Origin: an uncultured Clostridia bacterium
GTDB lineage: Bacteria > Bacillota > Clostridia > Christensenellales > CAG-314
Direction of reading: 5' to 3'
Assembly (NCBI GenBank): GCA_934230325.1
Contig: CAKQEP010000004.1
Location: 21,840-85,839, forward strand
DNA: 64,000 bases
In this document: positions 1 through 6,962 of the stretch, piece by piece
Position numbering within the stretch: the first letter of the stretch is position 1
Layout of the letters: each line of letters begins with the position of its first letter
Translations under genes and position numbers: made by a program
The notes under the pieces: model-generated
Seen by the model: only the letters and a program-made list of their open reading frames with translations
Database searches by the model: none
What the model was told of the DNA's origin: nothing

Positions 1-746
1 TTTTTAAGGAAGAAAGAGGCTTTAATCTTATTGCCGTAGACGCAAGCAAAAACTTTTTGAGCAAACTTGCGGGAGTTACCGATCCGGAAAGAAAACGCAA
101 AATAATTGGCGAAGAGTTTATCCGCACGTTTGAGGCAGAAGCCAAAAAAATAGGCAAAGTGGATTTTTTGGTTCAAGGCACGATATATCCCGACGTGGTG
201 GAAAGCGGTGGCAAAACCGGCGTAACGATAAAAACTCACCACAATGCGGGCGGGTTGCCTTCTGTCATCGATTTTAAAGAGATTATCGAGCCGCTTCGCG
301 ATTTGTTTAAGGACGAAGTACGCCTTGTCGGTAAGGAATTAGGTTTGCCCGACAGTATCGTAAATCGTCAGCCTTTTCCCGGACCCGGTCTTTCTATCCG
401 CATAATGGGCGACGTAACGGAAGATAAACTTTCTATTTTGCGAGACGCGGATTGCGTTTTCCGTGAGGAAATCGCTCGCGCAGGACTCGACAAAGAGATT
501 TGGCAATATTTTGTCGTGTTGACAAACACTCGCACGGTAGGCGTTATGGGCGACTATCGCACTTATGACTATACGTTGGCTTTGCGCGCGGTGTACAGCG
601 TGGACGGCATGACGGCGGACTGGGCGAGAATACCTTTTGACGTGTTGGAAAAAATTTCAACCGCAATAGTCAACAAGGTTAATCACGTCAACCGCATAGT
701 TTACGACATCACAAGCAAACCGCCGGCGACCATAGAGTGGGAATAA
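1..746 (+). CDS. guaA: GMP synthase (glutamine-hydrolysing), C-terminal portion; 5' end outside window
   Basis: Frame 3 is open from the window edge to the stop at 744-746. The translation (..[50 protein letters not shown]) matches the conserved ATP-pyrophosphatase/dimerisation end of GuaA. The track start at 57 is an internal TTG. Confidence 0.9.
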   Translation, partial: FKEERGFNLIAVDASKNFLSKLAGVTDPERKRKIIGEEFIRTFEAEAKKIGKVDFLVQGTIYPDVVESGGKTGVTIKTHHNAGGLPSVIDFKEIIEPLRDLFKDEVRLVGKELGLPDSIVNRQPFPGPGLSIRIMGDVTEDKLSILRDADCVFREEIARAGLDKEIWQYFVVLTNTRTVGVMGDYRTYDYTLALRAVYSVDGMTADWARIPFDVLEKISTAIVNKVNHVNRIVYDITSKPPATIEWE

Positions 747-774
747 ATTCGGCAAACAAACAAATTTAACAAAC

Positions 775-830
775 GCGCCCTGTTTTGAAACGGCGACAAA
801 ACGCCGCGTTTAACGGGCGCATATTTTTTT
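775..830 (+). terminator. Rho-independent terminator after guaA
   Basis: GCGCCC (775-780) pairs with GGGCGC (815-820). There is an inner CGGCG/CGCCG hairpin, followed by ATATTTTTTT. Confidence 0.6.
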
Positions 831-833
831 ATT

Positions 834-1814
834 ATGAACTATCTTGCATTCGATATAGAAGCGGCAAACGGATACAAGCAATACTCGATTTGTAGTATCG
901 GCTACGTTTTGGCTGACGAAAATTTTAACGTATTAAAGAAAGAAAACATTTGGATAAACCCAAAATGCAAGTACAATCTCAACGGAACGCGGGAAAGGGT
1001 AGGCATCGATTTGCACCTTGACCCCGCATTGTTGGAGGCTTCGCCGGATTTTTCGCAAGTGTACGATAGGGTAAAAACGCTTTTGACGGACAAAAACGTG
1101 CGAGTAGTGGGGCATGCCGTCGAGAGCGACGTCATTATGTTAAACAAAACGTGTCTGCATTACAAATTGCCATGCATAAACTTTGAGTTTATTTGCACTC
1201 AACTGCTTTTTAGACTTTTTAAAAAGGAAAAAGACGTTCGCGCGCTCAACAAAATAGCGGAAGAAATAGGTTTTTGTTTTAAACCGCATTCTTCCGACGA
1301 GGACGCCCTTGCGAGTTTGATGACGCTCAAATATCTTGTAAACGTCACATGCAAATCGGTGGACGAACTACTCAAAGATTACAACGTGCGAGTGGGCGTC
1401 AATCGCAACTTTGATATGACGCGTACCGTTTCGCTTTCGGGGCAACTCAGCAAAAACAAAATAACAAAACAAGCGGTTGCAAAAATATTTGATTTTATCA
1501 CCAAAAACAGGCTAAAACCAAAAACAAATTTGTTTAAAAATCAATTATTTTGCTTGTCGCGCGGTATAGAAGCAGGCGACGAGGAGTTATGCCAAAAAAT
1601 AATATCCTGTATATACGTCAACGGCGGTCAATACACCGCAAAAGCGTGCAAATGCGACTGGTACTTGACGGGAGAATCCGATTTGTCGCAAAACGATAAA
1701 CAAAGGCTAAATTATATCAAGTCGCTCAACAAAGGCAGCAAACCGATAAAAGTTTTGTCTGCCGCCGACTTTTTGCTAAAATACGATTGCGAAAAGGAAA
1801 GTTTTAAAGAATAG
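834..1814 (+). CDS. DEDDh-type 3'-5' exonuclease (DnaQ/epsilon-like fold) with an extra C-terminal domain
   Basis: 326 aa ORF. Exo I-like FDIEAANG, Exo II-like GHAVESDVIML and Exo III-like HSSDEDALAS motifs occur in the right order. The C-terminal ~110 aa (LFCLSRGIEAGDEE..NGGQYT) looks BRCT-like by eye only. Confidence 0.65.
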   Translation: MNYLAFDIEAANGYKQYSICSIGYVLADENFNVLKKENIWINPKCKYNLNGTRERVGIDLHLDPALLEASPDFSQVYDRVKTLLTDKNVRVVGHAVESDVIMLNKTCLHYKLPCINFEFICTQLLFRLFKKEKDVRALNKIAEEIGFCFKPHSSDEDALASLMTLKYLVNVTCKSVDELLKDYNVRVGVNRNFDMTRTVSLSGQLSKNKITKQAVAKIFDFITKNRLKPKTNLFKNQLFCLSRGIEAGDEELCQKIISCIYVNGGQYTAKACKCDWYLTGESDLSQNDKQRLNYIKSLNKGSKPIKVLSAADFLLKYDCEKESFKE

Positions 1815-1836
1815 AATATACGATAAAACAAACAAG

Positions 1837-1874
1837 ATTGAGTTTGGCGCAATGCCCGACTCAATTTTTATTTG
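1837..1874. terminator. Hairpin + T-run between convergent exonuclease gene and queT
   Basis: ATTGAGT (1837-1843) pairs with ACTCAAT (1859-1865), followed by TTTTTATTT. It overlaps the queT stop codon. Confidence 0.45.
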
Positions 1875-2376
1875 GTTCTTGTTGCGGGTAAACCAAAGGC
1901 AAAAGATGTTTTTTGGCGAGATAATAGAGGGGTATGCCCAAAGCGTACAAAACAACGGTTTGCCCCAACGCCACCCACGCTACGTTAACCCAGTACGCGG
2001 GCGCGCCGCCTACGGTAAACCAAACGAGCGGCAAAAGGAAACTGTTTAATAGAATAGGCGGCAAAACCGCAAGGTAAGGATTTTTGATTTTACTTGTAAT
2101 GAGGGCGGCGACGAGAGTGCAGACTGTACCGGACAAAACGTCTATCCAACCCCACGTAGACATAAAATTGCTGATAAAACACCCGACGGTCAGACCGAGA
2201 GTGCAAAAAGGAAAGAGTGACGGCAAAACGGTCATACACTCGGCAATGCGAAACTGCACTTGTTCAAAACTCATAAACTGAAAAATAAAAACCAACGTAA
2301 GATATACGGCGGCAATAATACCGTTGTAACACAAAAATCTCGTTGCGGATAGTTTTTTTACTTCTCGTTTAATCAT
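1861..2376 (-). CDS. queT: Queuosine-precursor transporter, ECF S-component QueT family
   Basis: 171 aa polytopic membrane protein. N-terminal pattern ..NGIIAAVYLTLVFIFQFMSFEQVQFRIAECMTVLP.. is typical of QueT. ecfA1A2T genes are present in the same window. Confidence 0.7.
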   Translation of the reverse strand: MIKREVKKLSATRFLCYNGIIAAVYLTLVFIFQFMSFEQVQFRIAECMTVLPSLFPFCTLGLTVGCFISNFMSTWGWIDVLSGTVCTLVAALITSKIKNPYLAVLPPILLNSFLLPLVWFTVGGAPAYWVNVAWVALGQTVVLYALGIPLYYLAKKHLLPLVYPQQEPNKN

Positions 2377-2382
2377 AATTGA

Positions 2383-2411
2383 ATTTTACCATTAAAAAGC
2401 AAAAAAATCAA
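2383..2411 (-). promoter_or_regulatory. Sigma-A-type promoter of queT, leaderless geometry
   Basis: On the minus strand: TTGATT (2411-2406), 17 nt, TAAAAT (2388-2383), 6 nt, ATG (2376). No Shine-Dalgarno. Confidence 0.55.
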
Positions 2412-2486
2412 CTCAAAAAATTGTTTTGCAGCAAAAATCGATAAATTTTTAAAAAACGCGCATAATAGAACTAACAGGAGGTATTT

Positions 2487-2714
2487 ATGAAAAACTTTTG
2501 GTCCATTTTCGCATTGATACTCACAATAATCGGAGGAATAAACTGGCTTATCGTCGGAATATTCAGATTTAACGTTGTGGATTGGGCGTTTGGTTTTGCC
2601 CCATGGATAGCAAGCATTATTTATATTTTGGTGGGGCTTGCAGCGATTTATATGATTTGCTGGCTTGCGGTGGAAAAATCTTCCGAGCATAAAAACAAAC
2701 ACAACGTCGCATAA
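2487..2714 (+). CDS. DUF378-family small membrane protein
   Basis: 75 aa with two TM helices. LTIIGGINWLIVGIFRFNVVDW is characteristic of DUF378. AGGAGG RBS lies 6 nt upstream. Confidence 0.7.
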   Translation: MKNFWSIFALILTIIGGINWLIVGIFRFNVVDWAFGFAPWIASIIYILVGLAAIYMICWLAVEKSSEHKNKHNVA

Positions 2715-2723
2715 AAACAACAA

Positions 2724-2761
2724 GGAGAGAAAAAGAATGCGCTTTTTCTCTCCTTTTATTT
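2724..2761. terminator. Bidirectional intrinsic terminator (DUF378 gene / convergent lipoprotein gene)
   Basis: 12-bp stem GGAGAGAAAAAG / CTTTTTCTCTCC with a 6-nt loop. T-rich tail on the plus strand and TTGTTGTTTTT on the minus strand. Confidence 0.8.
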
Positions 2762-2806
2762 GTGTAACGGAAAAAACGAACGTGTGTGTCGTCCGTTCTT
2801 AATAAT

Positions 2807-3313
2807 TTATTTTTTGAGCGAGAGTTTGCTACCGTCAAAAGTGTAGGTGTAGGTCGATTCGTTCCATTTGGTTAAGTCGCTGCGCTCCGCATTCGCACGG
2901 TGAAAGTGGAAAGCAAACGATTTCGGCTCGGAAGTTTGAGGGAAAATATCGGATAACTTTTCAAACTTTACGATAAATTCCGATTTGCCGCCGGTCGCGT
3001 TTTTCAGTTGCTCGCCCTTTAGTGAGAATATAATTTTCTCGCTAAAAGAATCGGAAAATCGATTGTCAAACGAGATTGATAAAATAAATTCGTCGTCGAG
3101 ATTCGCTTCGGATTCGGCGGTAAAATAACCTTTAAGTTCATAACCGTCTTTCAGCGTGTTTGCAATTTTATAGTGACAGTTAACATTGTCGTTAGCAACG
3201 CTGCCGTCACCTATGGGCAAATCGACTTCGTATACACTGCCGCAAGCCGTCATCGCAACTGCGCAAATCGCTATGGTAAGAACGGTCGCTAAAACCAAAA
3301 TAAATTTTTTCAT
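2807..3313 (-). CDS. Lipoprotein, function unknown
   Basis: 168 aa. Signal peptide plus lipobox MKKFILVLATVLTIAICAVAMTAC|GS. AGGAGG RBS upstream. Confidence 0.7.
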   Translation of the reverse strand: MKKFILVLATVLTIAICAVAMTACGSVYEVDLPIGDGSVANDNVNCHYKIANTLKDGYELKGYFTAESEANLDDEFILSISFDNRFSDSFSEKIIFSLKGEQLKNATGGKSEFIVKFEKLSDIFPQTSEPKSFAFHFHRANAERSDLTKWNESTYTYTFDGSKLSLKK

Positions 3314-3480
3314 TGTGAGAGTGCCTCCTGTTATTTTTTTCGCATTATATCACGATAAAATCGCGTTGTCAACGCTGCTGAGGCGTTTTATAAAGAAAAA
3401 ACCGACATCGCAATATTGATATGTACTCTAAAAGTCAGACGCTCAGAGAATCGCATATTTTTTTACGCGAAAAATCGAAA

Positions 3481-3511
3481 AAAAAGTAAAAAGACCGTCC
3501 AAAGGACAGTC
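3481..3511 (-). terminator. Rho-independent terminator of tRNA-Leu
   Basis: Minus-strand GACTGTCC TTT GGACGGTC followed by TTTTTACTTTTT. Confidence 0.7.
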
Positions 3512-3539
3512 TTTTGCATAAGTCGCTTTGCTGCGACGC

Positions 3540-3626
3540 TGGTGCGGATGACAGGACTTGAACCTGCACATCTTTGACAATACTAGAACCTGAATCTAGC
3601 GCGTCTGCCAATTCCGCCACATCCGC
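3540..3626 (-). tRNA. tRNA-Leu (anticodon CAG), class II with long variable arm, CCA encoded
   Basis: The reverse complement GCGGATGTGGCGGAATTGGCAGACGCGCTAGATTCAGGTTCTAGTATTGTCAAAGATGTGCAGGTTCAAGTCCTGTCATCCGCACCA folds as a cloverleaf. Acceptor GCGGATG/CATCCGC, anticodon stem CTAGA/TCTAG with loop TTCAGGT, T-loop GGTTCAAGTCC. Confidence 0.93.
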
Positions 3627-3658
3627 ATATTCTTTAGCGCAATTTATATTGCTAAAAA

Positions 3659-3687
3659 ATTATAATACAATATCAAAAAAAAAGCAA
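3659..3687 (-). promoter_or_regulatory. Sigma-A-type promoter of the tRNA-Leu gene
   Basis: Minus strand TTGCTT (3687-3682), 17 nt, TATAAT (3664-3659), about 30 nt upstream of the mature tRNA 5' end. Confidence 0.6.
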
Positions 3688-3811
3688 CTTATTTTTAGTG
3701 GCAAGCAAAATTTTTTTGCGGAGATTTATTAAGTTAAAACTGACTAAAAAATGGATAAATTCGTATTTGGTTAAAACGCTAATCTTTTGAAAGGTATTTT
3801 TGTTTAAAGTA

Positions 3812-3840
3812 TTGACAATACCTTTTGTCGGTGTTAAAAT
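3812..3840 (+). promoter_or_regulatory. Sigma-A-type promoter driving the FMN riboswitch and ribU
   Basis: TTGACA (3812-3817), 17 nt, TGtTAAAAT (extended -10, hexamer 3835-3840). Confidence 0.7.
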
Positions 3841-3845
3841 ATAAC

Positions 3846-3962
3846 AAAGTCTTTGGGGCAAGGTGAAATTCCTTACCGGTGGTATAGCCCACTAACAACC
3901 TTTTTCAGGTTGCCGAGCAGTTGAAATTACTGCGCCGACGGTACAGTCCGGATGGAAAAAGT
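3846..3962 (+). promoter_or_regulatory. FMN riboswitch (RFN element)
   Basis: Contains the conserved RFN cores: TTTGGGGCAAGGTGAAATTCCTTACCGGTGGTATAGCCCAC ... GCGCCGACGGTACAGTCCGGATGGAAAAAG. It lies directly upstream of a riboflavin-transporter gene. Confidence 0.85.
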
Positions 3963-3990
3963 CTTTTGTGTTTTTATGCGCAAAAAACGC

Positions 3991-4011
3991 CCCTCTTTGG
4001 AGGGTTTTTTT
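3991..4011 (+). terminator. Riboswitch expression platform: short GC hairpin + T7 that includes the ribU SD
   Basis: CCCTC (3991-3995) pairs with GAGGG (4000-4004), followed by TTTTTTT. GGAGGG is also the only SD for the ATG at 4012. The stem is short, so the split between termination and sequestration is unclear. Confidence 0.45.
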
Positions 4012-4728
4012 ATGTCAAAAAAAGATTATTCGAGCAAAAGTCAAGAGCAAAACAACAAGGTTGAAATCGCTATAGAGCCAAAAAACGATGAGAAAGAGCA
4101 GTCGACAGTCGTACAAAAAAAATCTGTTAAGCATATAGCGGCGGCAACGGCGGCAAAGGTGGCTATACTCACTGCGCTTGCATGGATATTTTATATGTAC
4201 GTTAAGGTTAAATTGCCTTTTGTTTTTCCCGAGTTTTTGGAAATGCAAATATCCGATTTGCCGGCACTTTTGGGCGGATTTGCGTTAGGGCCGTTGTGGG
4301 GGTGCGTGATAGTTGTTTTAAAATGCTTGTTAAAAATGCCTTTTAGCGGTACTGCGTGCGTAGGGGAATTAGCCGACATATTTGTGGGCGTGGCGTTTGT
4401 ACTGCCTGCGTCGCTCGTTTATAAAAAACATAAAACCAAAAAAGGCGCGTTTCTCGGACTATTGATAGGTATGGCGGCGGCAGTAGTCGTATCTTTGCTT
4501 GCCAACCGATTTGTGCTCGTTCCGTTTTATGTCAAAGCATTTTTTGGCGGAAGTTTTGCGCCGCTTCTCAATATGGTGTCGCCGCTTTACCCAAAAGTGA
4601 CGGAAAGCACCTTTTACCTTTGGTATCTCGGACTGGGCGTTTTACCATTCAACATTATCAGATGCGCGTTAAGCGGTGGTTTAACCTTTGCTTTGTACAA
4701 AAGTCTATCGCGTTTACTGCATATATAG
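4012..4728 (+). CDS. ribU: Riboflavin transporter, ECF S-component RibU, with ~45 aa hydrophilic N-terminal extension
   Basis: FPEFLEMQISDLPALLGGFALGPLWG and VLPFNIIRC resemble B. subtilis RibU motifs, and an FMN riboswitch lies upstream. Start moved from the track's 3952 (inside the riboswitch) to the ATG at 4012 behind GGAGGG. Confidence 0.8.
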   Translation: MSKKDYSSKSQEQNNKVEIAIEPKNDEKEQSTVVQKKSVKHIAAATAAKVAILTALAWIFYMYVKVKLPFVFPEFLEMQISDLPALLGGFALGPLWGCVIVVLKCLLKMPFSGTACVGELADIFVGVAFVLPASLVYKKHKTKKGAFLGLLIGMAAAVVVSLLANRFVLVPFYVKAFFGGSFAPLLNMVSPLYPKVTESTFYLWYLGLGVLPFNIIRCALSGGLTFALYKSLSRLLHI

Positions 4729-4757
4729 TTGCGTTTTTTGCGGTATTGTATTAAAAT
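4729..4757 (+). promoter_or_regulatory. Promoter of tsaE operon, leaderless geometry
   Basis: TTGCGT (4729-4734), 17 nt, TAAAAT (4752-4757), 6 nt, ATG (4764). No SD. Confidence 0.5.
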
Positions 4758-4763
4758 CTAAAT

Positions 4764-5192
4764 ATGAAATTTTTAAGCAACAGTGTTAACGACACGATAA
4801 AAATCGCGAATGAATTTGCCGCAACGCTAAAAAAAGGTCAAGTAATTTTGCTTGACGGAGATTTAGGAGCAGGAAAAACACATTTTGCCAAAGGCATAGC
4901 GCAAGGGTTGGGCGTGACGGACACTGTGACCAGTCCGACGTTTACGTTGCACAATTCTTATCAGGGGCGTGACGTTACGCTAAATCATTTTGATTTTTAT
5001 CGCATTTGCGACCAACAAGAAGTGGAAGTACTCGGTCTTTCCGACTTTTTTTACGATAAATCGGCGATTTGCCTTGTTGAGTGGTGGCAAAACGTCAAGG
5101 GACTTTTGCCTAAAAAAACCATTAAAGTCACGTTAAGCGTGACGGGTGAAAACACGAGGGAGATAACGATAGATGAAAACGCTTGTGATTGA
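4764..5192 (+). CDS. tsaE: tRNA t6A37 biosynthesis ATPase TsaE
   Basis: 142 aa with P-loop LDGDLGAGKTHFAKGIAQGLG and ..SPTFTL.. typical of TsaE/YjeE. Confidence 0.9.
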   Translation: MKFLSNSVNDTIKIANEFAATLKKGQVILLDGDLGAGKTHFAKGIAQGLGVTDTVTSPTFTLHNSYQGRDVTLNHFDFYRICDQQEVEVLGLSDFFYDKSAICLVEWWQNVKGLLPKKTIKVTLSVTGENTREITIDENACD

Positions 5193-5769
5193 TACGTCGT
5201 CAAAAAACCTATACGTTATGGTTTTAGACGGACAAAAAACAACAAAAACCGTTATGACGGACAATCAGCGGCAACATAGCGTCGTGCTTAACAAAGCGAT
5301 ATCGGACACTTTAAAAAAAGCAGATTGCGCGTTAAAAGATATAGACGTCTATGCCGTTTGCGTCGGTACGGGAAGTTTTACGGGGATACGCGTTGGCATT
5401 TCCGTTGCAAAAGCGTACAATTTAGTTTTTGGAAAAAAGTATGTTGCCGTCAACTCTCTTTGCTCTCTCGCATATACTAAAAAAGGACGCGTAAATTGTT
5501 TGATGGACGCAGGCAAAGGTTGGTATTTTGCCGTATACGACGGAGCAAACGAGATCGAGCCGCCGCATCTTATAGAGGACGAACAAGCGCAAAAACTTGC
5601 ATCTTTGCCCGATACCGTTATTTTTGACGATACTGCCGACTACAGCGAACAGATAGAAAAGCAAGTTCGCGACAAAATCGCAGCAAATAACTTTTGCGAC
5701 AAACTCACTCCGCTGTACATACGTGTATGCCAAGCAGAAGAGGAGCGGCAAAAAGGGGTTATTAAATGA
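5173..5769 (+). CDS. tsaB: tRNA t6A37 biosynthesis protein TsaB
   Basis: 198 aa. MKTLVIDTSS.., ..VGTGSFTGIRVGISVAKA.. (YeaZ/TsaB signature). Overlaps the tsaE end. Confidence 0.85.
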   Translation: MKTLVIDTSSKNLYVMVLDGQKTTKTVMTDNQRQHSVVLNKAISDTLKKADCALKDIDVYAVCVGTGSFTGIRVGISVAKAYNLVFGKKYVAVNSLCSLAYTKKGRVNCLMDAGKGWYFAVYDGANEIEPPHLIEDEQAQKLASLPDTVIFDDTADYSEQIEKQVRDKIAANNFCDKLTPLYIRVCQAEEERQKGVIK

Positions 5770-6215
5770 TTTGCCGCATAATAGACGGTGCGTTTTTGTC
5801 GGAAGTAGTTTCTCTCGACGGACTATGTTTTTTTGACGAAGTTTGGACTGCGGATATGTTTAAAAACAGTTTCGACGCTTTAAACACGCTGGTTTTAGGC
5901 GTATTCGACGGCAAAAAAATGGTTGGTTTTGCTTTGTACGACTATGCGTTTGAACAAGCGGAACTGCTAAAAATCTGCGTTTCGCCAGAATTCAGGGGCA
6001 AAGGCGCGGCAAAAAAACTTATGGAATCGGCAGAAAATTTACTTATAAAAAACGGCTGTACGGAATTGTTTTTGGAAGTAAACGCATTAAACGCCGCCGC
6101 AATAGGGTTGTATGTTAAAAGCGGCTTTAAACGGACGGGCGTTAGGCTTGGTTACTATCAAAAAAGCGATTATGAAGGCAAAGACGCGGTATTGATGCAA
6201 AAAAAATTAAAATAA
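5766..6215 (+). CDS. rimI: Ribosomal-protein-alanine N-acetyltransferase (GNAT)
   Basis: 149 aa GNAT (..ICVSPEFRGKGAAKKLM..). ATGA overlap with tsaB. Conserved tsaE-tsaB-rimI order. Confidence 0.8.
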   Translation: MICRIIDGAFLSEVVSLDGLCFFDEVWTADMFKNSFDALNTLVLGVFDGKKMVGFALYDYAFEQAELLKICVSPEFRGKGAAKKLMESAENLLIKNGCTELFLEVNALNAAAIGLYVKSGFKRTGVRLGYYQKSDYEGKDAVLMQKKLK

Positions 6216-6231
6216 AAGCAGAAAAGTCATC

Positions 6232-6960
6232 ATGAATAATATTTTTTATACCAAAGAGGGCGACGGAAACGACGTCCTCTTTTTGCACGGTTGGGGCGGG
6301 AATCACGATAGTTTTAAAATACTGTATCCGTTTTTAAAAGAAGTTTGCGCAACTTGCGTAGACTTGCAAGGGTTTGGCAACAGTCAAGACCCGCCGCCGT
6401 CGGGGTGGAATACGGAAGACTATGCAGATAATCTCGCAGAATTTGTGCGTTTGCAAAACTTTAAAAATCTTACTGTGGTCGGACACAGTTTTGGCGGAAG
6501 AATAGGCGTGGTTTTTGCGGCAAAATATCCGCATTTATTAAAAAAACTTGTCCTTATCGACGCTGCGGGGTTAAAGAGGGCAAGTTTAAAAAGATATATT
6601 GCGCAAAAGGGGTACAAAAAATTAAAAAAAGCGGTTTTAGCAGGTAAAAAAGATAAATCGGTGTTGGATAAGTACGGCAGTAAAGATTTTAAGAGATGCA
6701 AAGCAGCTTTACGACCTACGTTTGTCAAGGTGATAAATCAATCGTTAAAATCTTTTGCGAGCGAAATAAGGTGTCCTACGCTGTTGATTTGGGGCAAAGA
6801 GGACAACGCAACGCCTATGTGGATAGCAAAAAAGTATCGAAAGTTGATTAAAAACAGCGGGTTGGTTGTTTTTAAAGATTGCGGGCATTTTTGCTATTTG
6901 GATAATCCGCGTGGCGTAGCGGCAGTACTCAATAGTTTTTTTAAAAGCGGAGAAGGATAA
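6232..6960 (+). CDS. Alpha/beta-fold hydrolase
   Basis: 242 aa with LFLHGWGGN, nucleophile elbow GHSFGG, and C-terminal ..DCGHF.. (His of the triad). Confidence 0.75.
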   Translation: MNNIFYTKEGDGNDVLFLHGWGGNHDSFKILYPFLKEVCATCVDLQGFGNSQDPPPSGWNTEDYADNLAEFVRLQNFKNLTVVGHSFGGRIGVVFAAKYPHLLKKLVLIDAAGLKRASLKRYIAQKGYKKLKKAVLAGKKDKSVLDKYGSKDFKRCKAALRPTFVKVINQSLKSFASEIRCPTLLIWGKEDNATPMWIAKKYRKLIKNSGLVVFKDCGHFCYLDNPRGVAAVLNSFFKSGEG

Positions 6961-6962
6961 AG

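Noticed and set aside
2377-2486. Expected a preQ1 riboswitch upstream of queT
   Set aside because: Reading the minus strand, I find no P1 stem plus A-rich ..ACUAAGG-type tail characteristic of preQ1-I, and nothing resembling preQ1-II. The ATG sits 6 nt after a -10 hexamer instead, leaving no room for a leader.
3952-4011. Upstream extensions of track ORFs through non-ATG or weak starts (3952, 8354, 12393, 14384, 15901, 20798, 25044, 32264, 47719, 58457, 60768, 63151 and others)
   Set aside because: The extensions run through riboswitch, promoter, terminator or the preceding gene. In each case an internal ATG/GTG with a proper SD (or leaderless promoter geometry) matches the conserved N-terminus of the protein family.
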